Part shown: one piece after another, positions 41,601 to 50,854 of the stretch | Layout: each line of letters opens with the position of its first letter | How positions within the stretch are numbered: the first letter of the stretch is position 1 | Virus record (IMG/VR): IMGVR_UViG_3300025652_000032 | Coordinates: 64,030 to 128,029 of that record | Reading direction: 5' to 3' (one strand) | From: a virus | DNA length: 64,000 bases | The notes under the pieces: generated by a model | Databases searched by the model: none | What the model saw: the letters and a program-made list of their open reading frames with translations, nothing else | Told to the model about the DNA's origin: nothing | Made by a program: the position numbers and the translations under genes

Positions 41601-42793
41601 TCTGCGAAGTGTGGAGGATAAAAATCAACAAAGGTTCCACACAAGTTATATACAGACTGAAGAATTTCATGTTCAAGGCCTATGATCTCATTTATTCCAT
41701 CACCGGCCATTGTTTTGAATACGTTCAGTAAAAACTGAGTTCTTTGTGTGCGGTTTAATTCACCGAGGGTTTCTGAACTATTAAATGCATTTAGTGAAGA
41801 TGAAGGGAACCTGTATGGCAGATTATAGTGTACAAATTTCCCTTCGAGTTCTAGATCTTGAAATTCTTCTTGCAGTAGTCGGAAATACATCCCTTCACAC
41901 CAAACACTAGCAAATATATTTGCCTTAGATGTTGCAGTTGCTCTACCTGTGCTTATATCAAAATCAAAGTAGGGATTCGTGTCGAGTTGATCTGGATCAT
42001 TTGGCGTATATAGGTTTGAATCACTTCCATGTTGATACAATGCGGCAATCGCTAATCCAAATTCAAATGCTCTATCTGCTTGCTTAATTTCTGGATCTGA
42101 ACAGTACGAATCAATCTCACTCATCACCAGTTTACCATCAGCAACCTTAGTTCGAATGTTATCTGCCATGTAGTTGACCCAATTCTCTCTCAACAAGAAC
42201 AAGTGTTGAGTAAAGTCTGCATCATTCAAAGCAATTATAGAAGAAGAATCAGTATCACGCCAATTTATAGTCGTGCCGTTAAATACAGTTATAGCATCAA
42301 AAGTAGTTGAGAAAGTTGCGTCATATTTTCCAGATGAATTTTCGATACTCCAGTCACTTCTAGAAGATAATTCTTCGTTAACGTCTATATCTCCACCAGT
42401 AAAGTATGACACCTTCTCATACATGCCAGGAGTTCTATTTGCAGGATCAGGGTCTGTTGTCTGATCATCTTTCCCAGAAACACCAGTAGTATAGTATCCA
42501 TCTGCAATTACCGGGATAGACTTTGTAACCGTTACTTTGTATTCGATGTCAATCGGATCTCGTTCACTGCTCCATGCAAAAGCATCAACAAAAGGACTCA
42601 GCGTACCAGTCCCATCCTGTTGATCTACTTGAATCCACTGAGAAGTACCAATGGGTCGGACAAACAAAGTATATTCGATTGCATTTGGAACTTCTCGAAA
42701 GGTTATCCTGTTACTCGCCCCAAGATCTACAACAGTCAATGCACCGTTGTTGGATGATAGTGTATCTGCAAAAATATTTCTAAACCATGTCAT
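38678..42793 (-). CDS. Giant hypothetical protein with glycoside-hydrolase-like domains (C-terminal GH56-like)
   Basis: 1371-aa ORF; C-terminal VQLDIEHP...NIGIWRFSD...VDYLCPTLY...VKEA...PVIPI and internal GFDSIGLDTG. Confidence 0.5.
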   Translation of the reverse strand: MTWFRNIFADTLSSNNGALTVVDLGASNRITFREVPNAIEYTLFVRPIGTSQWIQVDQQDGTGTLSPFVDAFAWSSERDPIDIEYKVTVTKSIPVIADGYYTTGVSGKDDQTTDPDPANRTPGMYEKVSYFTGGDIDVNEELSSRSDWSIENSSGKYDATFSTTFDAITVFNGTTINWRDTDSSSIIALNDADFTQHLFLLRENWVNYMADNIRTKVADGKLVMSEIDSYCSDPEIKQADRAFEFGLAIAALYQHGSDSNLYTPNDPDQLDTNPYFDFDISTGRATATSKANIFASVWCEGMYFRLLQEEFQDLELEGKFVHYNLPYRFPSSSLNAFNSSETLGELNRTQRTQFLLNVFKTMAGDGINEIIGLEHEILQSVYNLCGTFVDFYPPHFADEIDSWMALIDAIEAFGTPGKNTIMASGQFNTSYDLFNVACEDWKSEPDLVSKPYYNESDFSLITTPPEQGVVSTIPLCVWLYIQEYITNNTNINLQRFYQFGIDSAIFNYSGSDNDINRINALSSVVDGFGTPYSTPPTESDKQNYAEYRAYGQYNKNKDYTNIPRGGGTEQFFTPDRRPLYAEAYGAARSERGDRERWGVASIGYRRTPLAGSPEADFNNVQKNGRLLWVRNQTRDLIPLGYKRYSFTNIQGWTTYDAGGGNSPAVFQPHFPSNPFSGLELTEAKVYLNQLGTDFHISPTPFTNNGSNGFSDPNSIPAGTPGDNKASWTAAISFLRNELAANSVPLQDQQVVAYTGYRPTYTDKSMTQVDRSLLGVSKQSNRGSGGDRWSGEGDSPAYTPDVGFDGERPGYSYSVEGFDDWWGLEVAGCKTLGFDSIGLDTGTLMYMNSGGMYNTGVGDKEVGIRQGNTDLHNLFKENYGVRTFTEAVALNYGINPKDPVPWTSADQNNDQSYTAGAMWAYFGSWWGYVGADNNLDTYGTSGTNGIIGEPVGGKVWFNDGNQQIGEFGSSFNPATSEVHCVFQWNDGITSYATAKVIRQRGWTVMKQIMYDYHQAGIVVSVGGRFFMESGGYLDGTTNQRVTSDMFFGFVQDLSNNLITERPRPHTLRDRIGAGTNQAAFVPDEILNGDPHSMFFLSDWAAEATCRNLPVCDDEDLAIYANKTDQEIFDRFRNTTLNSIDGRHNVVRNTYLNAASTGYVQLDIEHPLNFGFLMDPPRLEDTSFDPITEPDFAAKLTTFCEGLVRRIQIFKQHCPNINIGIWRFSDAQRAAIPGEQERSLDIQKFCSQVEWNGQSLYDAVDYLCPTLYHRNDRESSVHTRTVDGVRTDMVKEACDALFELHGEVKPVIPIIAFEYEGGPHVNESAVELNAIEVNNLRDYADNFIVWHALSGELDLFEGKLDTLMNEIELVEQG

Positions 42794-45627
42794 GGAAGTA
42801 TTATCTCGTCATCTTTGTCTATATCGGGATCGTCGGTTCCTTCGTCGGCAGAATCCCCACATTCTGGTTCCGGATTTCCTCCGCCACCCTCAGTGGATCC
42901 AGGTCCGGATTCTGTGTCTTGCGTTATATTTATCAGTTCCTCCGAAGAGAATGGTGGATCCGGATCGAGTGGTCGATCGAAATCCCCACCACCACGTTCT
43001 TCTATTAGGGGAAGGGTCAAAGGAGGCATAACTGCCGCAGACATTTCGGATTCATAGTAAGAACAAGAATCAACAATACCGCTTTGGAATACAGCATTGA
43101 TATTGTCTCCCTGTCCCGACCACCAAACGACAGGATCTGTTGTGAATGGTTCAAACGGACTACCCTCGCCAGCGTGCCAAACCTGTATAATAGAAGATCC
43201 TTTTTTGAAATTTGGATCTGTAAATATGGTTTCTCCAACAATATCTTTCCCGGACCACATGTATACTAACGAATCTTGATTCCAATAATTCGATTCATAT
43301 TCATAACCAACGTGTTCTGTCCAAGCAAAATAATGAATCGCCCATGCGGGCCTTCCTGCAAAGGCACTCATATCTGTAAATGGTTTATCATACAACCCCG
43401 GAATGGATCCAATTGGACCCCGTTGATTAGTCTGTCGTCTGGGCATATTTCCAAATCCAAACCTACCATTGTTCTCTGGTTTAGGTCCGCTGATGTCATG
43501 AGGACCGTGTGTAGGATCCGCTCCATCATCTGAAAAGATGTTAACACCCCACTGTGGTATAGCACCATGCCGAAGATAAGCATTTATATTATTTTCTTCG
43601 AGTATCACCGGATCTCCGAAATTCTCACCGATTGGGGGATCGTAATTGTAAAACCAGTTACCAAACTCCTCGCTAGACTGCTTACCATTTATATCCAACA
43701 TCAATTTAATTTGATCTGGGTTATCAGGATCTATTTCATAATTTACAAGTGGTGCAATAGTTGGACCATTAAGAGCATCGCCCGTTTCGTTTACACCACC
43801 CCCACCCTGAAACGATGCAACCATACCAGTATTAGACATAATAGTAAAGTTTCTTCTTGAGGAAGAGATTCTTCTTGGTGGGATATATGCTCCGGTTGTA
43901 TTATCTTTGTAAAGTAAATCAAACAATTCCTGATCGAATTCATAACCAACAGGATCGGGCGTTTCTGATATATTTGAAATTGTTTGCCAATCAAGTCCAT
44001 TTTTTACAACTCTATATCTTTTTATTTTATGGAGTTGTTCGTACATATGTTTGTGAACATTCGGAACCCAACTATTCAACAACACAGGTTCTACCATTTG
44101 ATCTGGATGCCCGAGTGCCACTGGATCTCCAATTGGTTCATCGGGATCAACACATACACATCCTCCACCATGACCATACCCATCAAACAAACTAATAACC
44201 TTGAATCTGTTGCCATTGCTATTAACTGGAATCTGATTCAGAGAGTTCCTTCCTGCTTCGTATACCCAACCCGGATGAACTGAATTCGGTCCGTATACTG
44301 GATCGTTTATTGCACTAACAGAAAAATCAAAGTATGTTTCAATTTGATCTTGGTGTACGGTACTTCCTCTTCTTGTTTGTCTTACAGAACGATAATTGTT
44401 TAGATCTCGAACCAACGGATGGCCGTTTTCATCGTTCTGTGGGAGAGTTCCGGTAATTTTTGCACCATGATATGGATTGATTACAAGTGGTCCTTTGGGC
44501 AACCATGTTCCGGGTACAGACGGATCATCTTCTTCCTCAGGCGGTTCCAGTTTCTGTATACGAAATGGTTCACTTCTATATTTTCCCTTTTCTCTGACGG
44601 TCGGTTGAACATCTTCCCCACCAAGTGTTCCGCTCGCGTCAAAACCACCATTAAACGTATCGCGTTTCCAATAGTCTGGATCAAACCAAACCATATTGTG
44701 TAAGTCCTGATAGTATAGAGTTCCATCTCGTTTCAGTCCCCATACACATATCCCTTGTGCGGTCGTGCCTCCACCAGATGCCCAACATTGGACAAAATCA
44801 ACATTGGGTACAGAAACAGTATTTCCATTTTCGTCAATCCAAAAATTATCCTCTAGATCTTCTTTATTGAAGTACACAATATGATGATAATCAAGTTCAC
44901 CCATCAACGAAGTCAACTCAACACCAGATGTTCCTGCCTGAACAATACGGATCGTACCAAAGGTGTCTAGAGTTATTATACACTCATCAGAGGCGACACA
45001 TATGTGCTTTAAATTGATGTCTGGATTGTATCCAAAGTTGTCTGGGTTTTCTTCCCACAATTCTAACATTCGCCAATCTAAACCTAAACTGACCAGTCCA
45101 CCGATGTTTCTAAATGCATTTGCGATTGCCGGTTTTGTGTTATACCGCGTTCCCATATTCCGCAGTTTTCCGGTAGGAGTAATATAATAAACTTCATGGA
45201 ATGCAGCAGAAAATGTATAAAGGTTTGAACCCTGCACCCCCTCGATCCCCTCCTCGTTTTCCGTGGGATCATACCAAGCATACTCGAAAAATGTAGGTTG
45301 TTTCACATTGTTGAGACCAGTCTCAGTTTTCGCATCCATGATATCTTGGAGTTCGAGTGGTGAAGACAACTTAGTAACATTGGAGTCTACACTGTCCTTG
45401 TTTCCACCAACAGCACCAACACCAATTATTTGTCCGCGAGTATTGTTTCTTGTATTATGTCCAGCAGTTACTCCACCATTTGAATCTTGTCCATCAGACC
45501 AGTGAGGGAAGACTGGAAAATTGTCGTCTAGACCTCCGGGTTCATTGTTTAGTAAGACACTAAACCCATAGATATCACCATCGGCGTATCTTGGTAAAAA
45601 TAATCTTGGTGCAGAAAATGATGACAT
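42790..45627 (-). CDS. Large hypothetical protein, possibly an RCC1/beta-propeller type, with an acidic C-terminal tail
   Basis: Start placed at ATG 45627, just after the upstream stop (945 aa); three RCC1-like strand patterns. Confidence 0.45.
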   Translation of the reverse strand: MSSFSAPRLFLPRYADGDIYGFSVLLNNEPGGLDDNFPVFPHWSDGQDSNGGVTAGHNTRNNTRGQIIGVGAVGGNKDSVDSNVTKLSSPLELQDIMDAKTETGLNNVKQPTFFEYAWYDPTENEEGIEGVQGSNLYTFSAAFHEVYYITPTGKLRNMGTRYNTKPAIANAFRNIGGLVSLGLDWRMLELWEENPDNFGYNPDINLKHICVASDECIITLDTFGTIRIVQAGTSGVELTSLMGELDYHHIVYFNKEDLEDNFWIDENGNTVSVPNVDFVQCWASGGGTTAQGICVWGLKRDGTLYYQDLHNMVWFDPDYWKRDTFNGGFDASGTLGGEDVQPTVREKGKYRSEPFRIQKLEPPEEEDDPSVPGTWLPKGPLVINPYHGAKITGTLPQNDENGHPLVRDLNNYRSVRQTRRGSTVHQDQIETYFDFSVSAINDPVYGPNSVHPGWVYEAGRNSLNQIPVNSNGNRFKVISLFDGYGHGGGCVCVDPDEPIGDPVALGHPDQMVEPVLLNSWVPNVHKHMYEQLHKIKRYRVVKNGLDWQTISNISETPDPVGYEFDQELFDLLYKDNTTGAYIPPRRISSSRRNFTIMSNTGMVASFQGGGGVNETGDALNGPTIAPLVNYEIDPDNPDQIKLMLDINGKQSSEEFGNWFYNYDPPIGENFGDPVILEENNINAYLRHGAIPQWGVNIFSDDGADPTHGPHDISGPKPENNGRFGFGNMPRRQTNQRGPIGSIPGLYDKPFTDMSAFAGRPAWAIHYFAWTEHVGYEYESNYWNQDSLVYMWSGKDIVGETIFTDPNFKKGSSIIQVWHAGEGSPFEPFTTDPVVWWSGQGDNINAVFQSGIVDSCSYYESEMSAAVMPPLTLPLIEERGGGDFDRPLDPDPPFSSEELINITQDTESGPGSTEGGGGNPEPECGDSADEGTDDPDIDKDDEIILP

Positions 45628-45628
45628 A

Positions 45629-46828
45629 TTATCCGAGTCTTCCGATGACGTTTTGTGCTTCTGATGCTCGTTGTTCTGTTGTGGATGCTTCACTTGCTGA
45701 CATGGCGAGGAGTCCCTCACTACCCAACGATTCCTGAATACCTGCAATCGCATTCTTTGCTGAAGCAGATACAGTATCTATTGCACCCTGAGCAAACTCC
45801 GTGATGCCCGACTGCACTGATCTAACAGCGTTTCCTACTTCTCCGGCGAGTTCATTTGCCTTTTCCTTTGCTTGATTGATTGCATCTGCACCTGCTGCAA
45901 CAAACGGAGGTGCTTCTGGTAACTCTGGAGTTGGGATCGAGAATGTTCCTGACGGGATTGACGTTCCTTGCTCAAATGCCTGTAGTGCATCGAGTTTACC
46001 CTGAAGATCAGGATTTGCAAACTCCTTCATTAACTGACCAGTCCAACACGGATTCGATCGTACTGCCGCAATCAAAGTGTTTGCAGTTCCATACTTCTGT
46101 ACCATGTCTCTCATGTTAGAGAGATTAGAAACTGTTTGGTTGTAACTGTCCAACGCATTGTTTTTTGTTTCGGTTAGGTTAAGTGTGAGATCAGTTACTT
46201 GTTGAACAAGTTCATTTTCTTGGATGTCACCACCAAGGAATGAACCAATTGTTTGTTGAAGTATATTGTTAGACGCACCGACCGATTGCATCAGTGTAAG
46301 TCCACCGTCTTCAAGAATTAAATTGAAGTTTGGTCCAAAGTTATCTTCGATCACATCCTGTCCGGGAAGTCGAAGGTTTGCCTTCATGCTGTTGAATGTA
46401 TCAGACAGACTCACAATATTATTCTGGTTGAAGGCATTGGCATCAAGTGTGTTGACAGCACCAGACATTCTGTCCGTTGCGTCTTTGATGTTGTTGAGAA
46501 TTCCTGCGTTTGGACTTCCGATTTGTGCGCCGGGTTGTCCGTTCAATTCACCGAGCAAATTGTTCATACTCTGTAGTGCATCAATAGTTGACTGTTGTAG
46601 ACCACCTGCCTCACCGGCGGGTGGTTGGTTATCTAAGATATTTGTGATAGACAGTTCGTTATCCTGTGCAACTGCCTTCGCTGTGTTGACGATCGTGCCA
46701 ACGGGGTTCTGAAAGGCGTTGCCAGTCATCACATCGTTGATGATGTCTAGTGAAGTTTGACCAAGATCTTGTGTCTGGGGATCGCACTGTGGATCGAGTG
46801 GGTTGAAATCTTCTAGACTTAATGGCAT
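45629..46828 (-). CDS. Helical Ala/Asn/Gln-rich hypothetical protein coupled to PAAR
   Basis: ATG at 46828 overlaps the PAAR stop (TAATG); 399 aa. Confidence 0.6.
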   Translation of the reverse strand: MPLSLEDFNPLDPQCDPQTQDLGQTSLDIINDVMTGNAFQNPVGTIVNTAKAVAQDNELSITNILDNQPPAGEAGGLQQSTIDALQSMNNLLGELNGQPGAQIGSPNAGILNNIKDATDRMSGAVNTLDANAFNQNNIVSLSDTFNSMKANLRLPGQDVIEDNFGPNFNLILEDGGLTLMQSVGASNNILQQTIGSFLGGDIQENELVQQVTDLTLNLTETKNNALDSYNQTVSNLSNMRDMVQKYGTANTLIAAVRSNPCWTGQLMKEFANPDLQGKLDALQAFEQGTSIPSGTFSIPTPELPEAPPFVAAGADAINQAKEKANELAGEVGNAVRSVQSGITEFAQGAIDTVSASAKNAIAGIQESLGSEGLLAMSASEASTTEQRASEAQNVIGRLG

Positions 46829-47100
46829 TATCCGGCCCTCACATTTCCTGAACCTGTTGCTGAGTGTCCACATGATGCGGCATCACCTGCACGACATACT
46901 GGTATTCCGCCGACTCTAACCATACCAGATCCCGTCACTATAACGGGGGCAGTGTGTTGGTTAGGACAATCTCCGCCGCAGTGATTTGCAATCAAACTCC
47001 CAATGTGTGCAACAGGCATTCCGTTCACCTTGACGTTTGAGTTTCCTGTTAAGATTGTATTTCCGGCCGTGTCCATTCCGACTCTTGATATTCCTGGCAT
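46828..47100 (-). CDS. gp5.4: PAAR-repeat spike tip protein (gp5.4-like)
   Basis: 90 aa; VKVNGMPVAHIGS, H..P.IVTGSG.VRVGGIPVCRAGD..SCGH with His/Cys metal ligands. Confidence 0.9.
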   Translation of the reverse strand: MPGISRVGMDTAGNTILTGNSNVKVNGMPVAHIGSLIANHCGGDCPNQHTAPVIVTGSGMVRVGGIPVCRAGDAASCGHSATGSGNVRAG

Positions 47101-47116
47101 GATATCTCCTCCAGTT

Positions 47117-47124
47117 TATTTATA
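47117..47124 (-). promoter_or_regulatory. T4 late promoter TATAAATA upstream of PAAR
   Basis: Exact consensus followed by GGAGG SD and ATG. Confidence 0.75.
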
Positions 47125-47126
47125 CG

Positions 47127-47864
47127 TCAACCAAACGCCTTTACGATTACTTTTCCAGCACCACCATCATTGGCCGCAGTGTTGTTTTCTGAAGCACCAC
47201 CTCCACCACCACCACCGGGAACCTGTCCTACCGCAGCAGCAGAACCAAGTGCGCCTTCAGTTCCAGCACCACCACCATTACCACCATCGGGATTTGCACC
47301 ATCACCACCATCAGTTCCTGCTATGGCAGTACCAGAACCAAAAGTTCTATTTGTAGCATCTCCACCGTCCGTGTTTACTAAATTTCCATTTTGTGCAACA
47401 CCGCCTTCACCTCGAAGACCACCACCGAAGGCAGTTGCACTTCTTCCACCCTCACCACCACCTGCTATGATATCACTGAATGTGGTGATTGTGCTACTAC
47501 TTCTTTTGTGTAAAGTGAGTTGTGTGTCTCCTCCATCACTTCCCATAGACGATGCATTTGCGCCCTTTGCACCACCTGCACCTACCGTAAAAGTTAAAGT
47601 GTCATCTTTACGAAGATCTGTTATTCGAATTTGGTGTTTGACATATGCACCACCACCACCGCCTTGACCGTTGGTGTGTGACGATCCACCTCTACCACCG
47701 GCGACTGACCCAACTCCACCGCCGCCTCCACCACCATACATCTCGACTTCGATGAAAACAACTCCGGAAGGTATGGTATATGTTTGAGTGCCTGTCGAAG
47801 TGATGTTCGTGGTACTCAATACTTGATATGCTCTTCCGCTTGCTGCTCTACTTGCACCAATCAT
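47127..47864 (-). CDS. Glycine-rich domain virion protein
   Basis: 245 aa; TYTIPSGVVFIEVEMYGGGGGGG...GGGGGAYV...LTFTVGAGG...AGGG.GG...GGAGKVIV, the common phage Gly-rich domain pattern. Confidence 0.7.
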   Translation of the reverse strand: MIGASRAASGRAYQVLSTTNITSTGTQTYTIPSGVVFIEVEMYGGGGGGGVGSVAGGRGGSSHTNGQGGGGGAYVKHQIRITDLRKDDTLTFTVGAGGAKGANASSMGSDGGDTQLTLHKRSSSTITTFSDIIAGGGEGGRSATAFGGGLRGEGGVAQNGNLVNTDGGDATNRTFGSGTAIAGTDGGDGANPDGGNGGGAGTEGALGSAAAVGQVPGGGGGGGASENNTAANDGGAGKVIVKAFG

Positions 47865-49921
47865 GAGAAGTTAATTCCACCTACAAATCCATAGATGTTT
47901 GATCCGGCGTCTATTGTGACGAACGATAGAATGTCGATACCGGATGCCGTGAGTGTTGGTGCAACATTACCGGGCCACTTGACTGCTGATGCCCAAGTTG
48001 TTGTGTTTGCACCACCGTTTGTGATCAGGAGTGTGAGGGTTCCTGCATTGCCAGTTGCTGGTGGATTCGTGAAACTAAATTCACAGTTTCCGTTTCCGGT
48101 TACAGTCTGCACATTACCGGCAGAGAAATCAATCGCAGTATTACCAGTGATTGTTCCGATTGCATTTACAGTTTCTGCGTAGTCCTTGAACTTGGGTCTT
48201 TCGAGTTGGTTATCTTGGAAGTTTATCGCACTTCCGAAAGTAGATCCACCAGTAACGTGAAGTCCTGCGTTTAAAGTAACACCACTACCAGCAGAAATGC
48301 CACCAAGCGAAAGTAGATCGGTGCCGGGATTGTAGATCAACCCATCAGCACCAGTGCCGCTGTCTACCTTTGCTGCAAGATTTGCTGTTGCCGCCCCCTG
48401 AGCATGATCTGCAAAAATGATATTATAATCATTATCATCACTTTTCCCTTGCAATTGCACTTGAGCAGCAGTCGTCGCCGTTGCGGCCGCACCAGAACAT
48501 GCAAGTGAGTTGGTTGCGGTTCCTACCATCACACCACCACTCATGATAACTCCACCCACAGTTGAGGTGCCGTCTGATGTCAGTGTTGCACAATGAACAT
48601 GCCCACCACTGATACCACCGTCCGCTGAGATTCCTCCGTCTGTGTGTATGTTACCATCTACCTGAAGTGCGCCGGCGGAGTTGATTGATCCGAATGTTAC
48701 ACCACCATCAGCAGATAATCCTGCTGGAGCATAAAGACCAGTCGCGGTTCCGTGTGCGAACGTAACACCACCCGCCATCAGAACTAAATTATCTGCACTC
48801 GGGAATGAAAGTTTTGTGTCTTCATCACCGCTGTGTTGTAATTCATCCGGGAGTTTCACCGTGGCCGCGTTGAGAGAGACGATATCCGCATTGGTACTGA
48901 TGGTGGTGCTGTTCAATGTAATTACATCATGGCTATCTCTAACAAAAATAGTGTTACTATTTCCTACACCGTCCAAATCTCCAATCCTTACGTTTGTGCC
49001 GACATCTGCCTTAAAAATAGAATCACCAGACGAATTTAAAATACTATGATTACCACCAAATTGTATGTCACTACCGACAGTAATACCGCCGTCTGATGAA
49101 AGTCCTGCAACGTGTAGGATAAGGTTGCTACTTGTTATTCCGCCTGTTGCTCCGTTGAATGTAGCGACACCAACAAGATCAGTAAGTGTAACATCACCCG
49201 TTGCTCCGTTGACAGTTGATACACCTTGGACATCTCCAGCAGCACCATTGAATGTAGCGACACCAACGAGATCGGTTAGTGTAACATCACCAGATACGCC
49301 ATTCACCGTAGTAACGACGGACGCAGCAGTCATACCATTAGGAAATTTTATTTGATCTGCGACATGTAATATATCAGCAGTGATCGAACCAACAGAAATT
49401 CCGGCAACTGCAACGATCGCGTCTGGATCTATACCTAACGTCAACCCATATAAGGTAAGTCCCGTGTCATCTACATTAAGATCTGGTCCAGTACAACACG
49501 GTCCCATTTCACCCTGTCTACCTTGTGGGCCGCGAGGACCCTGTGAACCTGCTGGGCCCCGAGATCCGGTTGCACCAGATCTGAGTGGGACTTCTGCATC
49601 TTCTTGAGTTATAACTGGTCGGGAATCTTCGGGTATATCAACAGCGAACGACTTGAGATCAAAAGACTCTGTTTGCTTTTTACCTATTGATTCAGTTTTC
49701 GAAAACTTCCGGGGACCACCCTTTGGTTTATTATTTACGTTTCCCCCATCGATCGAAGTGCTAGATATAGATAAACCAGATCCAGTCGGTAATTCTATAT
49801 TACCCTGTCTGTCTTCGATAGATTTTTCCGGTGCATCTTCCTGAGTATCTTGATACAGATCTTCTTCGTTATCAACATCCGGATCTGTCGCTCGTTGGTA
49901 GTCATTTAATTCATCGGACAT
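47861..49921 (-). CDS. Fibre protein with collagen-like segment and VNG.TG.V repeats
   Basis: 686 aa; nine Gly-X-Y triplets ending GPCC, 31-aa tandem repeat, and C-terminal DF..GNVQT...FSFTNPP...VKWPG..APTLT..G.DILSF domain. Confidence 0.7.
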   Translation of the reverse strand: MSDELNDYQRATDPDVDNEEDLYQDTQEDAPEKSIEDRQGNIELPTGSGLSISSTSIDGGNVNNKPKGGPRKFSKTESIGKKQTESFDLKSFAVDIPEDSRPVITQEDAEVPLRSGATGSRGPAGSQGPRGPQGRQGEMGPCCTGPDLNVDDTGLTLYGLTLGIDPDAIVAVAGISVGSITADILHVADQIKFPNGMTAASVVTTVNGVSGDVTLTDLVGVATFNGAAGDVQGVSTVNGATGDVTLTDLVGVATFNGATGGITSSNLILHVAGLSSDGGITVGSDIQFGGNHSILNSSGDSIFKADVGTNVRIGDLDGVGNSNTIFVRDSHDVITLNSTTISTNADIVSLNAATVKLPDELQHSGDEDTKLSFPSADNLVLMAGGVTFAHGTATGLYAPAGLSADGGVTFGSINSAGALQVDGNIHTDGGISADGGISGGHVHCATLTSDGTSTVGGVIMSGGVMVGTATNSLACSGAAATATTAAQVQLQGKSDDNDYNIIFADHAQGAATANLAAKVDSGTGADGLIYNPGTDLLSLGGISAGSGVTLNAGLHVTGGSTFGSAINFQDNQLERPKFKDYAETVNAIGTITGNTAIDFSAGNVQTVTGNGNCEFSFTNPPATGNAGTLTLLITNGGANTTTWASAVKWPGNVAPTLTASGIDILSFVTIDAGSNIYGFVGGINFS
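49140..49318. repeat. Imperfect tandem repeat with 93-nt period (TVNG..GDVTLTDLVGVATFNGA)
   Basis: ATGTAGCGACACCAAC at 49159 and 49252. Confidence 0.8.
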
Positions 49922-49936
49922 AGTTCACCACCATTC

Positions 49937-50797
49937 TCAGTATGATCCACCACCCGAAGTCGATCTTGTAGAAACGGATCGTGATGGTTGTGTACCCTGA
50001 GTAGATATGGTTGTTCTTCCAGAAAGGGTGTTTGTCATTGAAGATTCTAATGAACTTACGTTACCTACAGGTTTAGTTGGAGGTGTTTCTTCGCATCCAC
50101 AATTAGTTTCAAATTGTAAACCACCAGAGTTTACAAACCCAAGGAGGGCCTCCCTAAAAATCCAAGATGTGTCATATCCACCGGACCGAAACTCCTGAAT
50201 TTCCGGGGAAACATTTGGAAAATTTGGACCAGGAGATGACGATATTTTTCCGATTCTATTTTGACACACTTTATGTGTTTGGGTATAGGATCTATTCTTT
50301 GTTGATGTGCATAATTTATTTGCGTGAAGACAATAGTCACACGATCCTGCATCACGAATAATAAATGATTCTCCCGACAAGGTAACTGAATCAGTCGAAT
50401 TAGTAGAAGGAACAAGTGCAAACGCACGATAAGGATTTCCATCTCCTAACCCGTATCGATCTAACGCGGATGCATAGTCAGCAGCAGTAAAACACTCGCT
50501 AGTTTCTTCTTCATTAATAGTAGAAGTTACAACCGCATTGAGACATCTTTTATATTCTTGTAGTGATGTTGTTTCGTCACCAAACGAATCTTCCGTAAAT
50601 TTAATTGTAATGTCAATCTTAGACAATTTAGTTTGTAAACATTTACCAGAACAACTAACCGGTCCTTTTGTCGCAGATTTCTTTGAAAATACAGATAGAT
50701 TCGGTAATTCAGAAGGTTTGACTACTGGAGGTGCATACAGGGCATTATAAAATCTAAGTGTCAACAGATTTGCGTAGTTTTGATTTATACTGGCCAT
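49937..50797 (-). CDS. Hypothetical protein with scattered Cys and a Ser/Thr-rich tail
   Basis: 286-aa ORF with GAGG SD and a CTAAATAG promoter variant at 50835-50842. Confidence 0.65.
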   Translation of the reverse strand: MASINQNYANLLTLRFYNALYAPPVVKPSELPNLSVFSKKSATKGPVSCSGKCLQTKLSKIDITIKFTEDSFGDETTSLQEYKRCLNAVVTSTINEEETSECFTAADYASALDRYGLGDGNPYRAFALVPSTNSTDSVTLSGESFIIRDAGSCDYCLHANKLCTSTKNRSYTQTHKVCQNRIGKISSSPGPNFPNVSPEIQEFRSGGYDTSWIFREALLGFVNSGGLQFETNCGCEETPPTKPVGNVSSLESSMTNTLSGRTTISTQGTQPSRSVSTRSTSGGGSY

Positions 50798-50854
50798 GGT
50801 TTCCTCGTTTAAATTTTCTTAATATCGTACACATCTATTTAGTAAAATCAATGA

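Noticed and set aside
45627-46873. Longer starts at 45753 and 46873 (and 28535 for gp8)
   Set aside because: They overlap upstream genes, while internal ATGs abut the upstream stop codons.
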